Assembly (NCBI GenBank): GCA_002633005.1
Contig: NMRA01000109.1
Span: forward strand, 594,624-658,623
Direction of reading: 5' to 3'
Length of the DNA: 64,000 nt
Source: Phoronis australis
Taxonomy: Eukaryota > Animalia > Phoronida
Shown here: in pieces, positions 38,161 to 52,537 of the stretch
Layout: the number at the start of each line of letters is the position of its first letter
Numbering within the stretch: the stretch's first letter is position 1
Translations under genes and position numbers: made by a program
The notes under the pieces: model-generated
What the model saw: the letters and a program-made list of their open reading frames with translations, nothing else
Database searches by the model: none
Told to the model about the DNA's origin: nothing

Positions 38161-38374
38161 GTCAGGGCTTCGGATCTTGGTCAACCCCAGCGTAACTCGA
38201 CTGTGGACCTAAGAGTGGCGATGGTTGTGACCCCATCGCAATCACCTCACCCACCTAAGGTCAACCAGCGGGTTCAAAAGGTCATCGTCCCGGAAAAAGA
38301 CCCTGTGCACTCCTTTGTTAGTCAAATTGATGCAACAGACGAAGACGGCGATCGGCTGTGGTATTACATCAAAG
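38161..38374 (+). CDS. FAT1: Fat-like cadherin exon (214 nt)
   Basis: aacag|GTC..AAAG|gtcagc; VRASDLGQPQ...ATDEDGDRLWYYIK; phase 0 to 1. Confidence 0.92.
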
Positions 38375-38714
38375 GTCAGCATTGTGTTGTGGAAATTTCA
38401 AGTCATTTGATGAGAGTAGTTGAGATGTTGGCACTTCTGATGCGAGTGTAGATTTTGAGAGCAGCAAACTGGTTTGACAACTGTATTTATTGTATGACAA
38501 ACTCTCTAAACTCATCAAAATGGAAGTTATAAGTCCTTAATCTTTTTTACAAAAGATATGTTATTTTGTGAATAGCCATTGTTCATCATTATTTTAACTG
38601 CCAATGAACTTTTAAATACAATAGGTCTTTTTCAAAAAGAAATGTATTGAAATCTCGCTGGTACAATTGACATTTTTGTGCCCCTCATGCCTTACACTAC
38701 AAATCTGGCTACAG

Positions 38715-38854
38715 ATGGCAACACTGGTGATGCGTTCACTGTGGCAACAGACAGCGGTATCTTGTTTGTGGCCCGTCCTCTGGATGTGGAGACGGTACCC
38801 TTCTACAATATCACGGTCGGTGTTTCTGACGGAACACACGAGGTTCTTCTGTGG
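38715..38854 (+). CDS. FAT1: Fat-like cadherin exon (140 nt)
   Basis: tacag|AT..TGG|gtgagt; DGNTGDAF...ARPLDVETVPFYNITVGVSDG; phase 1 to 0. Confidence 0.92.
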
Positions 38855-41358
38855 GTGAGTATGAATCCACCTTAGCAGTCGATAAAATGTTAGCTTAGTT
38901 CGTACAGTGTACTTAGTTGGCACACTAGTCCCGACAGGAAGTCCTGCAAATTCATGTGGTTAAGCTGCCTCAGTTTAGAAACCAACATGGCAGAAAGGTA
39001 AATTTGTGTTGTTAAATATCTTAACAAATATAACCATGAGACTGCATTTAGTTCATTGTTGGCACAATTTTCATTGTTCAGTTGACATGAAATGAAATTC
39101 GGCTTAGTGTTAGTAAGTCATATCAGTGGCATAAACCCTTGAAAGGTGGCAAAATGGCTTTTTTTAATATGCATCATCCCGAATCGAATCTTTGCTGCAT
39201 TTTTCAAAAATCAGATAATGTTATTCAGACATGATTTTGACTGCCTCTGATTATATACCCCTTCTGTAGCTATTTTAATTTTAGTGTTGCTTTTTGACGC
39301 ATTTCATTTAAGCAGGTCATTTTCAAACATAATTTTCACCTGGCTTTCATGGCAGAGACCACTATCCACCCTTGGCTTGTTTTACTAATGATATGCACTT
39401 GGATAATGCCACATGGCCAACTCCAAATGTCATCTCTTTGTCCTTTTTTATCTTCACTGGCTGGTAAACAATAACAAACTGTTGATAGGAAAAAGAGCTA
39501 AATGTCATAAAAGCCAAGGCAAATGCACAACATAGATATCACATCTGGCTTCATCTTCATCTGTGGGTTTCCTTGTTTACTGCCTGGTGTAAAGTCACAC
39601 CAAGTTTGGAATAAACAATGACGTTCTGTTTACCTATCTGGATCACAGACTGTATTGTGCTTAGAAGTTTCCTTCCCATGACAATCTAGTCTTTGAGAAA
39701 TATAAAAATAGAATGTAGAAACATTAAGCTGATTGTCATGGTGAATTAACTGTAAGCCCCTGTGCTCACAGCTGTTTGTTACCCATTTTTGTTGAAGACT
39801 GTGTCTTTGAACTGCTTTCAGAGCTATGCCACCTTCAAAAACTTGAAATTCGTGTTCATCTTTACTACTTCACCATAACTCTTGGCATTTGCCTGTAGTG
39901 TAATCCAGAATGGGCTTCAAATTTTATAGCAAAAATAGAAAAGTGCAATCATAGCAAAACAATGGTATTAATAACTTGACCGAATTACATTTAATGTCAA
40001 ATATCAAAAACACTAAGTTACATTTTGTTCCTGTTATGCAACTTTCCATTTTTTTAGTGAAAGTCCCAGTTTTGATAGCCTGTCATGCAAAAGTTGACCA
40101 TCTTAAATTCATAATAGTACTTTGAAGATCAGTGCTTAAAACATAATGTAGGAAAGTTTCGTTTGGATCCAATGAGCTAATTTTGAGATGTGTTTGGAAG
40201 TTAGCCAAACTTCTACATTTTTAGGGTCCAACATGACGTTTTAGAAATCATTTGGGAATGTTGTAAAAGTCATCTCATGTCACACGTGGGCGCAACCTAG
40301 TGGCCAGTAGGGATAATTGGCCCATTATACCATTCATTAGTCAACTAGTAATTACACTTGATAATGCTATTGTTGTTAATTCCTACAGCCAGAAACCACT
40401 TAGAGCAATTAGCTGACAAATTAGTTACCCAGCTGTCTTGTAATATTATTGCTCATCCCAAATTATGAGATCCACATAGGCACATCAGAATTTTGTCTTT
40501 CCAAACCCATCTGCTGGTCATGAACAACAACTTATAGTTGTACTCATCTTTGTACACAAAAGTAATTGCCTGTGGTGGTATAGTCATTTCTATAGAACCT
40601 TGGTGATTCTTCACTTATTACCACACAAAAGTAATTGTTGTTATTGTTGTAATCATTCTTGTACTGCCGTCATGGGTACTTCTTGATTTATTTTCCTCAA
40701 GGGTAATCGCCATTATTGTCATTTTCTATTTTTCAAATATTGAATATCTCATGGAAATCCAGGGAACTTTACCAAAGGTTTTCGGCGTCTACACAATACA
40801 AACTAAACTAACAACAGAGCAAAATTGTCTTAATCCTAATTCTTGTTGAGAAATTGGCCAAAATAAAATTTCCATTGTTCGCCTTGTTGTGCACATATTA
40901 GTGAAGAATTACGGATTGCAGTTTTGAATGTTTGTCTGAGATCACTTTGTGGATATCTGTAGTTACAATTTTGTAATCAGTTGCTGAGAACACACATATT
41001 TTGCTGCTGTTCTTGAGTTCGTTGGCCAGTTTCATAGCCTTACTTCTAAGCTTAGAGACTAGCTCTAATTCAACAGATCTTTGCAATATACATCTGGTTT
41101 CATCAAAACATCCCCAGGACTAGTTTGGCACTGTATGTCAACTAGTGTTTATTTAGTAGTGTCGATTTCAATGTAAACATCATTTCCTGTAATGGAGTAG
41201 TTACTCTACATCAAATTTCATATTGAATAAGCAATGCATGATTGATATAAAGGTTACAGCCAAGACTCTTTTAAGCAGCAGCAGTTTCATGATGAATGTT
41301 GCCGTGTGATATTTTCGAATAAAAAGCAAAACTAAAAGTAATAAGCACCACGCGTCTC

Positions 41359-41529
41359 CTTGTAAGTTGCTAAGGTAGGAATTGTAAATTTTACTTAGAA
41401 ACTGGTCATAGTCGTCTTGTAAGTTGCTAAGGTAGGAATTGTAAATTTTACTTAGAAACTGGTCATAGTCGTCTAGTAAGTTGCTAAGGTAGGAATTGTA
41501 AATTTTACTTAGAAACTGGTCGTAGTCGT
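41359..41529. repeat. 57-bp minisatellite, 3 copies
   Basis: Unit CTTGTAAGTTGCTAAGGTAGGAATTGTAAATTTTACTTAGAAACTGGTCATAGTCGT, near-identical, no spacers. Confidence 0.95.
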
Positions 41530-43221
41530 ACATGAATATCTGCTACATCTAACCCTCATCATTTACTCCATGTCAGAATTTTCCAGTACAGCATTATATT
41601 TGTTTAGTCGCTCTTTGCCTGTTTACAGTGAAAATTACAGCTCTTAGTATTCAAGGCACTTGGTGTATGTAAACATGGAGAAAGATTGTTCATATCAGGG
41701 GTACCAATATTGTATGTGGCCATTTATTTGGTCTCCTAGTTTATAATTATTTTTTGTTTGGCTACCATTTATCACCAGTTCTGGTAGTCACATTTTAAAT
41801 TTCTATGACCATGTCCTCTCATGTTTACACAACAGTTGTCAAATATATCAATGCTTGCTTTTCAATTACTTTTCTGTCACTTGAAGAGCCAGTTGTTATG
41901 CTTTGTTTCCTCAGTTGCTGGTCTTTCTACCAGTGACAAACACCACAAGAATGACTTTCAACAGGCATTTAATGAACACACAAACTATATTCACTGGGGT
42001 TCTGTGATTTCTGTTCTCATTCTCCAGCCAGCTTTAGGCAATCGCCATATGGAATTTTAAAATCTGAAAAATGATTCTAATACAAAGATGATCTTTGCTT
42101 GGGCATAATTTACGTGCAGACATTTTAGATTGTTCCAGGAAACATCAACTGTTTTTGAAAAATGCATGTTGGAGTTCCCACGTTATGGTACTGATGCATT
42201 TTGTAACCTTTTCACATCTCCACGTTGTGATATATTGACAGTACATTACGGTCACCTTATGATTCCAGTCGCCAAGGCTTCATTTGGCCAATCATCTCCT
42301 TTTCTGCCCACCCGACGTTAGCAAAGCTTGTCATATTGTCTGCCACGTATCACCACACAAGACGTTCCAAACCAATGGCACACACCTAACACTGTTTGCT
42401 GTATAAACACATTCAGTTTGACTGCTTGCTCCTATTTTATGAATGGCAAAACAAATTGGCAGTTTGTCATTTACATAGAAAATAAGTCTACGATATGAAT
42501 TCTGCTAGTGGTGCGTTTTTGTCAGATCAGGCTTACTGTAGTGTATGTCTCAGTGATATTGGGGGTAGGTTATCTCCACCACCTGGTGAGCAAGTGGGGC
42601 ACTATGTCAAGTGCTTGTGGTTTACGTTCATGCCAATTTAGATCAGTCCTGGTGTGAAAGTTTTTTGGGTGTATTTTTAGCACTACTGTCTGTGAAGTCT
42701 GTGAAATCAATAATGAAAAATGTAAATATATGAATGCCTATGTCTAAAAATCAACTTGGCTAACAATTATTGTTATCATCAGTCACCTGTTCAGACGCGT
42801 GACACTCCAAATTTGAATTCTGTCATTTCTTAAAGTTGCAGTTTATTGTAAGAGAGATGTTAGTTTAAGTTGAACTTGGAATATGCAACAAAGCCATAAC
42901 AAAAGTGGTTGAAGAATGATACATGATCACGTCTGATCTAATCAATGAATGAAATTTTAACTTATAGACATCCCTTTAGTACTACATGGCCACTATTGAT
43001 TTTCAATTTGTTCTCTGGTTTGCAAGTACATCTAGTGTTGTGGGATGAAGGGTCTCCTTTAGTAATTATAATTGCTAATAACCTAGATTCATGATAATTA
43101 GCAGCAGAAGTTGGAAAATTTATTATCAGTGGCATGGAGGTGTTTGCTGACTATGGTGAGATATGAGACGGTCTGTTTGGTGCTAAAGGAAGTTGTAATG
43201 TAACCTCTGTGTTTTATGTAG

Positions 43222-43432
43222 ATTCACATTGACATCTCAGACATCAATGACAACCGACCAGAGTTTACGCAGCGTGTCTACCGGGCGGAGGTCACGGAGA
43301 GCGCTACGGAGGGGACCAGCGTGGCCAGAGTGGCTGCCACTGACAAGGATGTTAACTCACTTGTGTTCTACTCCATATCACAGGCCTCACACAGTCAGAG
43401 TTTGGTGCTGTTTGGAATCAATGAGCGAACAG
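43222..43432 (+). CDS. FAT1: Fat-like cadherin exon (211 nt)
   Basis: tatgtag|ATT..ACAG|gtatgg; IHIDISDINDNRPEF...ATDKD; phase 0 to 1. Confidence 0.93.
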
Positions 43433-46400
43433 GTATGGTAGTTTGTGTTGGTCAGAATGCAGGTGTCATTATAGTTACAGGCCATGGTTCATAGTTTTGA
43501 AAGCCCTTGAATTTAGAACATTGGCTTTGACTAGTCGAGTTTAATTTTGATCTTGAAAAGCCCCTAATTTCAGCTTTTAGGCTTGAAAATTTATGAAAGA
43601 CCTCAGTTATAAGTACCGTAGGTATATGCTATTTTAATTTTTATTGTTGCAAAAATATATTATAAATGAACTGCAGCTTTTTTTCTTGATCAATATTTTA
43701 TGCCTGCCTTAATTTAGTCAAAAAGGGGGGCCTTGTACGTACCTCCCTGCAGTGTTGAGCTATAACTGCCTCATCAGTCATTTCTTTATGTTTTAGATTT
43801 AATTTAGAGGATCGTGTTCTCCATATGAATATTTAACAGATTTATGACAGCAGTCACGCATTAACATATTAACGTATTACTGGTGCTCTTATTTTCAATT
43901 GATCTCCATACTATTGGGATTGCTTTTCTAGCAATTGGCTTTCCATTTGGCATATTCTCGGAACCGTTATTTAAAGTAAAACTTAAGGCCTGTTTTGGAT
44001 CTTGTAACCGTTTTCGTGCTTGTCGGCACTTGAATGAAATATCTGCTTGTGTCCTCACACGTCTGCTCAGACATTGCCCCTGTTGAGATTGACCAGTTAT
44101 CAATCTCAGACCTTCTCTTTCTGAACTGTGTAAATTTCAACATTATGAGCAGCAGACAGTGTTCTTTAGTAATGGCATCATGATGAAATAATCCCCAGAT
44201 AGTGTCGCACTAGGTCATTGGAAATAGGGTGAGAAAGGTATAAAGGGCAAACCAAGCAGGAAAACATACTTCACTTTGTTTCTCAGTTCTTACTGGCAAC
44301 TCAGTTTTTCACTTGGCATCAGACGGGCACGGAATCACGGTCAACAAGATAACAAAATAACATCGGTCTTTGAGAGCCCCCCACTGTGCATTTGTACTTT
44401 CTCATGTCCATGAAATTGAATTCATTCTGTTTTTCTGCTGTTGTCCAATTATAAGACAATGAAATAATGGGCTACTTGACAGCCCGGTTCATTATACCTC
44501 TTTTTGCTTTCTGTATACTGTTTGCCACGTGTAAGGGCTGGCATTGGTTGGTTCCTGCTCCAGTGAATAGTTTTTGTTGCACATTTAGTCTATCCAATTT
44601 GGGTAATGGTTTAAGTTAAGAGGTATTTTTCTAGCAAATCCAATTCCTCCCATGTGTCAAGCTCAATTGGTGTTTACATGGTGTGTTTGAATAAAGCAAA
44701 TAAACCATCCAATTTGGGTAATGGGTGTTAGTGACCTTTTTAAACAAAATCTTGTCATGTCATTTCACTGATTTTTTTCATTTGGCTCAAACTCGGAACT
44801 GGCACCATTAAACTCAGAAAGTCACTGTTGTTATCTGGTGAATATAAATCCATTCAGCATGAGTATTGAGAAAACTTATTTCCATGTATATAGATGGATA
44901 TACTTTATTACTCTCTCCTTTCGGATATTTACAAAAATAAGATACTTAGTGTCAGTATCTTTCCCGATGTGTTACAGGCCATGAAATATGTAATTTACTA
45001 TGTATTTTGCTATGAAAAACTAAAATTGAACTGAAGTTTTTGTTCTGATAAAACAGTCTCATAATATTCATTTACCGTGATATTCCATTGTCGTTGCCAA
45101 CTCAAGTCATAGGCACTGCGTACATGTGCCATTTTTGGATTCACAGTTTCACGTTTGGCAAACTCCAATTAACTCTGAAACTTTTTCATCGTTGATGGTT
45201 TCAGTTTTCTAGTTGGTCACAGAAGTAGAATCCTTCCTTGATGAGGAATATTACGATACCTATATATGAGAGTATCCGGCCTTGTTCACTTTTTGTTTTT
45301 TGTCAACTAAACAGCAAAATGCAGTTTTGAAATTACTGTCTGCACAATAAAAAGTACCTATATTAAACAAAATTTCTTCATGAAACGATTACTTCATGAA
45401 ACTATTTCTGACCAATTAATAGCTTTCATATTATGGCATTGTAATTAAAACCCAAAAAAACCAACTTTTTAATTATTTTTCTCGCTCTTCATTGCAGTGA
45501 AATATTTTTGGCCTTAAAACAATTTTACTTGTGCAGTCTTACCAAGATCAATGTTATTTTACAACCATGTAAAAACACACAAGGTCAACTCAATCCCACA
45601 TTTTGCCAGTTAGCCTAAACATATGCAGATATTGTTTTCAGAATCATGCTGCTAGACACAGCATGAAGTTGTCTCCTTTGCATGTACTTCATGACCCCAG
45701 TGTTATTTTAATACACTCTCTTTTTATAATGGTCCGCATAATGCCTGGAGAGGGCAAAGCCTTTGATGGTGTTGTTCATGGCATGTTTTGGTTGCCATGG
45801 AAATTTTCTGCCAGCTTGCGTTTGTCTGTTGTTTTAGTGTGGAAAGTGGGCGTTTACAGTGGTGTGGTTTTGGCAAGTGTCGTCTAGGAATAATGTTTAA
45901 CTTGTGCTAGCATCTGATGTTATTTCCCCTGATTGTTATATTGACAAATAGCATGTGAGTGACGGGCTGAATAATCCTTATGTAGACAACGATAATGGTG
46001 TTACCAAGACAACAGAATTAAAAACAGAGGCTCGAGCCTTGCAAGCCTATCACCAATGACAAATAAAAAACAAAATTCTTTATTTTTCAACTTGGCAAAG
46101 GTATAAATTAACTTTTCTCAGAGTTGATCTTCAGCCCACAAAATACAGCTATCCAAACTGTAAGCCATTTGATGGGATCCTGCCCATTTATGTACACCAA
46201 CTTGTACATTTCCTATGCATATAAAAACTACTGCCGACTATAACAATCTGGTTTTTGAGCACATTCCTCAATTGATAAAAAATTGTCTGTCACGAAAAAT
46301 AGTTTTAGCGGTGATACTGTAGCTTGTGTTAGTGAGATTGTGCCGTTGTTTGCTGTCAAGTAACGTTACAACACATAATTTAACTGTGGTAAGATCTTAT

Positions 46401-46608
46401 CAGTTTCGAGTGTCCAACAAAAGTAATTACCAAATCGTTTAAATGCTGTTGATAACTATGAGAAAGAACTTGAACATGGAAAAGCTACTTGGTGCCACGT
46501 ATCTTATGAGAAAAACACGTGTGTAAAATTTCACCTGTCTATCATATTCTGTACTAAATGGTTGAGATTTCACTTCGCTTATTACTGGACTGTACTACCT
46601 CGTTGCAG

Positions 46609-46784
46609 GTGTGATCTTCACCAAGAAGTCGCTGGATCGTGAAACTATCCAACAGCACCAACTGACTGTGATGGTCCGTGACACAGGTCTACAGCATCTG
46701 CGTAACTTCGCCCACGTCATCATTAACGTAACGGACCACAACGACTATTCGCCGGAGTTCTTGTCGGACATATTTGTTGGACAG
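46609..46784 (+). CDS. FAT1: Fat-like cadherin exon (176 nt)
   Basis: ttgcag|GT..CAG|gtagtt; LDRETIQQHQLTVMVRD...DHNDYSP; phase 1 to 0. Confidence 0.93.
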
Positions 46785-47133
46785 GTAGTTATCTTTTCGT
46801 TTTAAGCTCTATTATTGCTTAAGTTTGTTTTGGTTTAGCAGATGAATTTTCTTGTATTTTGGCTATAGTGAGAATTCTTTTTAAATAATTCCACTAATTT
46901 GTCTGTTTTCAACTGTTGTTTTTTCAATTTACCCATGCTGAGGCATGAATTAAAATAAAAAAATAATTATCCCTGTGTGATGTAGTGCATCATAAGCACA
47001 TGATTAAAATGTTTTATTGGTAATCAATTACAAATAATATTTTTCTTAATTATAAAAACAATAATTTTCAAAGCAAAATTAAACTGGCCTCCATAGTGAA
47101 ACTCACTAGTGTTGTTACTTTCTTCACATCTAG

Positions 47134-47233
47134 GTGTATGAGACAGCATCCATAGGCAGCTCTGTGTTGAGCACTGTGGCTGTTGACAGAGATAAAGGAA
47201 GAAACGCGGAGATACATTACTCCATCATATCAG
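47134..47233 (+). CDS. FAT1: Fat-like cadherin exon (100 nt)
   Basis: atctag|GTG..TCAG|gtcagt; VYETASIGSSVLSTVAVDRDKGRNAEIHYSIIS; phase 0 to 1. Confidence 0.93.
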
Positions 47234-47250
47234 GTCAGTGGTAGTTGGCA

Positions 47251-47400
47251 GGAGGCATTGTGGCCAAGTGGAATAGGTGTCCATAATTCCCTTTACTCAA
47301 GGTGGTGGGCTCGAGTCCCGCTGGGATTCATTGCTAGACCTTTGAGTCACGTCTTCATCTCCTCGGCTTGGTTTTAACTATCTGTTAAAATGCATAAAAA
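47251..47400 (+). mobile_element. tRNA-derived SINE remnant
   Basis: Pol III A box TGGCCAAGTGG (47261-47271) and B-box-like GGGCTCGAGTCCC (47307-47319) at tRNA-like spacing, but no cloverleaf; 3' end approximate. Confidence 0.55.
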
Positions 47401-49228
47401 TGGTTCCAGGTTATCAGTGCAATGAGCGGCCTGCGCACATCTGGTGTAATGTGTACCAGACCGCCTGCAACTATTTTTTTAAGGATTTTAATACTGATAA
47501 ATTTTTTGTCATTCTGGTAAGCTAAATCCCTAATCAAATCATTTCGAATAGTACATTTGGACACGTCTTTATGGGTTTTAAGGTCATCTATGATAAGCAC
47601 TAAAAACATGGTGATGGAGATTCTGAGTTCATACAAAAGATGTAATTTTGTTTGGGAGGTTTGACAACAACGCATTACCTGTGTGTGATTGCAGTAGGTC
47701 CATTTACCTGCTGTTGTAAATTGTTAACTTTGGACAAAGGTGTTAATTTATTTTGAAATTTTTGTGCACTCGACCCCTGCTTCTTTAAATGACTTTTTCA
47801 TGTGGACCGACAGTGCTCCTCTGTGGTTTGACACTCCTTGGTTTTGTAAACAGCCCCCAACCATGGTTTTGATGCCTGGTTTGATTTTAGACTTTTCAAA
47901 ACTTGTGGTGAATCTGTTTTGTATTAACCTTCTCGAGTCTTTGCATTTGTTGATTAAGAACCGTGACACCTCTTCAGTCACACGAGTCTTCCTTTCTGTT
48001 TTATTTTGCTTGCCGTCTCTCATTCCTAGGTGTGTATTGTATAGTCATCTGATAGTTTCTCGTTGTATCAAATCTTGGTATAGTCAATGTAAGGCAGAAG
48101 TGTCAACAGCTTTTTTCATGTGTCAAGATGTTGCAGTTTCTTTTTGAGGCAGGAAACAAGATAAGTGACTAATGCATAAACAGCCATAACTAGCTTAAAA
48201 CAAGAAGAGAAAATGAAACAAAGTCACTATGAAGTGCACATAAAATACTGAAAGTTAAAGTAGGTCTTAAAACTAAGTTAATGTCATTAAATAAAATTTC
48301 TAGTTTGAAAATTAAAAAAATAACTAAATAATCTTTCTTCAGCCGTGTGCTGTCGTCATATGTTATAAAATTTAGAGATTGATTTATGGGTGTACTTTTG
48401 TTCCTGCCATTAAAAGTTGATAGGGGAAGCTGGCCATTTGAGAGTTTGACCATACAATTGCGGGCTAAATGCTTATCAAACTCCATGTTTGTGCAAGAGT
48501 TTCAAATTTCGCACAGAATCAATATTGGTTTGAAGTCAAATTACCCGTTTCCTCAACCTTTTGCCATTCATTCGCTGACAACCGTGTCAGTCAACTCCTT
48601 TCATCCACCTCTTTTCAAATTCACCTGTTTTAATTTCACAACAGCAGTCAAACCAGTGTCAGAGAGAAACCCCTGACTGCATGATAATCAAAACATAACC
48701 ATGGCTGCCATTTGTTTTGTTTTGATTTTCTTTTGAATGGCAAGTTGTTATCTGTTTCAAGGCTTACAGGTTAAGGTCTGTATCATGGACAGGCACAAAG
48801 CTTGGCCCCCAGGGGTCAGATCTGATGATTAGTTTGCCAAAGTGGTGTCTTTGTTTTTCATTGAAATTTGATGCTGTATCTAGGCCTGTGACTGTTAGGT
48901 TGTTTTGGTTGTCCAGTGAAGTCTGAGATTTGAATAACTACTATTTAGTAAAAAAATAAGAACAGGTTTTATAAAAATAAAGGTTACCTGTTTCTACTTG
49001 CATGGTCAAGGTAATGTCAAAGAATATAGTTTAATTAAATGACCACAGTTCATGCTTGCCTACCCTTGAATTGACAAATTGTTGTCAGTTTTACATTATT
49101 TTTTATTGATAAAATAATATAGTTGTTTACTTCTAATCAAAAATTTATTTGTGCAGACTGTATTGCACATAAGTTCCTAGGTCTGGCACTGAAATGCTTA
49201 TTTTCTTGGGGATTTTTAACATTATAGG

Positions 49229-50532
49229 CAGTGTTCTCGACATCTGAAAATCTTAACAGGTTGCAATCGTAAAAACTGCTACAAAACATGCCGGAAGCAC
49301 GCGGCGGCCAACGTTCTCCGTAGGCTAGTGCACGCCTTATTTTTACCCATGCACTTCAACAGTAATGCACAGTAACGCAAACAACTAACTGTGTTTGTTC
49401 ATCTTTTTATTTTTAAAAGGTGAGAGTGGATTTATTTATGAACATGTCATATAAACCATTTGTTTAGTTAATAACTTTACAATGGAAGTCTACACAGATG
49501 TGTTCATAACAGTATGCGGAAATATTTCGCTCAATACTTGTGATGTCAGTGTCAACTTAATTCAAAAAGTCTAACATTGAGGTAAACTTTCAGCAGCAGT
49601 GTCCTGTCTTCCTACAAAGTAGACAGTCTGAGTGAAGTGTCTTGGTAAAGTCAGTCACATTTTTATAGCAGAGTCTACGTTTTCTCTCAGTCTAATGTCT
49701 TGCACAGCATTCTTATTTTCAATACCCCAGCCTGCAATGTCTGTCTGAATTCGACGTTCGGAAGTTGGTACAACATTTAACCTCTGCATGACCAGAATTC
49801 TTGTAAAAACTGCACAAAATGCGAGTCCACCATCATAAATACAAATTAGGTAGGGTAAACAAACCGATTCACGTGCGTTTTCCATTTACTAGGACAGGAA
49901 TGTTAGGCGTTAGGCCTGTTGATGAAAACTATTTTTTCTAGAAAGATATCGACTGGATTGTCAAATGTTTGCTACTCTGGCATTCTCAGGATTGTCACAA
50001 ACTCATTCTTCTACCTGAGAACCATCTACTCTCAAGTTTGGAGCGAATTGTTAAATTGCCAGTGTCAGATGTTTTCAGCAAAAATTTTGTTTACCGTTCA
50101 TTCCATGAATATTTCCGATTCGTTGTCTGAGCCGGACAGTAACATCGTGATCTGGATCTAGATTATCTCTCGTATTTGCATTTGAGTCAACATCAGTATC
50201 TGAAACATCTCTTGGTTTGTAAAATAATCCTTAGCAATCTTTCGACGCCTATCTGCCGCAGACGACATTACTAAGGATGTAGAATGTGCATGTCATTCGG
50301 TACCGTAACGGAAGCCAGGGTAAATTTCAATAACGTAAGGATCACGCTAGGTAAACAAGACTTTGCGAGATTACACACGAGATACTACCGTGTGTTTACA
50401 ATGAGATCATGTGATTTTGGTTACATATTCTTGCCACGAGACGTCACTAGCTGTCCCAAATCTCGGAATTACTCGCCTTAAACTGCAAACGTCGCACACA
50501 GCCGCTACCAAAGTAGAGTTGCGAACAACTTA
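49229..50532 (-). mobile_element. Possible highly decayed hAT-like DNA transposon
   Basis: CAGTGTTCTCGAC ... GTTGCGAACAAC weak TIRs, CpG-rich subterminal regions, and a broken minus-strand reading (MSSAADRRRKIAKDYF... then YDGGLAFCAVF) loosely like the TTF zinc-finger region of Tip100-type transposases. Confidence 0.3.
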
Positions 50533-50776
50533 GTGGTGCTTTGCTGACTAGATAGACCTTGCAGAACGAACCACTGAGCCCTCGTGATTTTCACTGGGTT
50601 ATGTGATAAGTTGTCCACCTAACACGCTCGTGTCAGACTGTACCTCCAGTGAGCAGGTAGTGGATTAGGCGTGTAAGTGGCACCGAGCCTTTGTTTAAAT
50701 TCAATTGAATATGACTAGTTGTTGGAAATGATGTGAAGTCAAAACCATCTCATGTTTTATTCGATGTTATTTACAG

Positions 50777-52272
50777 GAAATGTGGGAGGAACATTTACGA
50801 TCGACAAAATGCTGGGGATCATCAGGGTGGCGAAACAGTTGGATCTTACAAGCCAACCGGAATACCACCTGGTGGTGAAAGCAGTAGATGCTGGTTCACC
50901 TCCAAAGAGGAATACGGTCGATGTCAAAATCTCTGTCACCATTTCCAACAATGCTCCTCCTCGATTCACGCAACAAGAGTACTCTGGTGAGGTCTATGAG
51001 AATCGTCCAATAGGGACATATATTGTTGGTGTTAGCGCCGTCAGTCGCTCGTCTGTGGTGTTTGAAATCATGGCTGGAAATGAGAAGGGCTACTTTACTA
51101 TCAACCCCAACTCTGGTGTTGTGGCAACCGCAGCGGTGTTGGATTACGAGGAAAGTCATTTCTTCAACTTGACCATTCGCGCCACCAACATGGTAAACAT
51201 CCAGTCTTCCTGCACAGTCTTGTTACATATAATGGATTGCAACGACAACAGGCCTCAGTTTGACAACACCTCGTATGCTGGCACTATCACGGAGGGTCTT
51301 CCATCAGGCAGCATTGTGCTCAACGGCGAAGGTTTCCCATTGGTAGTGCATGCAACAGACAATGATACGGATCTCAATGCCATATTGTCTTACTCCATTA
51401 TTAGTTCTGCGGCGCGCACCTATTTCTCCATTGACACCAACACAGGGGCCATACGCACTCGTCTGCCATTGGATCATGAAGCCATCGCCTCTTACGAGTT
51501 CTCAGTGCAGGTTCGTGACAAGGGCTCGCCAAGTCTATCCGCACAGGTTGCTGCCATGGTGACCATCAATGTGATTGACACCAACGATTCCCCTCCCACG
51601 TTTTCCCAGGACACCTATCATGCAACAATGTTGCTGCCGACATACAAGGATGTAGCTGTCATTCATCTGAAGGCCACTGACCCGGACACTGGAGTCAACA
51701 CTAATCTGACGTACTCTATCGTTTCCGGGAATGGATTCAAGAAATTCATCATTGAAGAAGACACAGGAATTATCCGAGTGGTCAATGACCATAACCTTGC
51801 TCCCAAGTACAGGCTGCACGTGCAGGTTAGCGACGGCCGCCACGAGAGCAGCGCTACTGTCATAGTTCATGTGAGGAACTCGAAGGACACCGGCCTGGCG
51901 TTCACTCGCGAACACTACTCTGCTCGTGTGATGGAGGAGAAGACTGTCGAACAAACTCTGACCATGGTGCAGGTGGTGGGTCATGCACTTAACGAGCATC
52001 TTGCGTTCTCTATTTTGAATCCAAGCAACTTCTTCACTATCGGCACCACCTCAGGGGTGTTAAAAACGACAGGAGCTCGGTTCAACCGTGAAGAGCGTGA
52101 CGGATACCGTCTGGTTGTCCAGGTGACAGATCTACGGTCACCTCCACGTACCGCCCACGTTCTTGTAGACGTTGAGGTGGAGGACAGGAATGATAACGCC
52201 CCTGTATTTGTCAATGAGCCTTATCACGCTATACTCTCTGTGAACGCTGGCAAAGGCGACATGGTTAAAAAG
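50777..52272 (+). CDS. FAT1: Fat-like cadherin exon (1496 nt)
   Basis: ttacag|GA..AAG|gttggt; GNVGGTF...MLLPTYKDVAV...EDRNDNAP; phase 1 to 0. Confidence 0.95.
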
Positions 52273-52537
52273 GTTGGTGTATGATTTTAAGTACGAAAAA
52301 TATATCTGCCATGTCAACTAAAGAACATTATTTCTAATAGTTTTTTGTCAATCCAGAACAATAGAGTGTGTGTGTGCGTGTGCGTGTGCATAGAAAGTAA
52401 TTAACTTGTCAATTGTTTCCCTGTAATTTTCTTCTTTCTGTCCAAAATGTCTTTGATGGTCTTCACTACTTTTATGCATGCTCGCTTCCACATAGTGAGG
52501 ATTTTTTATTTATGTTCCTTGCTGGTGTTTATTAAAG

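Noticed and set aside
41359-41529. Regular repeats as a CRISPR array, or the 110-aa repeat ORF (41201-41533, minus) as a gene
   Set aside because: Head-to-tail 57-bp units with no unique spacers, in a eukaryotic intron. The ORF stays open only because the unit is a multiple of 3.
47255-47330. tRNA gene
   Set aside because: A and B boxes are present but there are no acceptor or anticodon stems; treated as a SINE head
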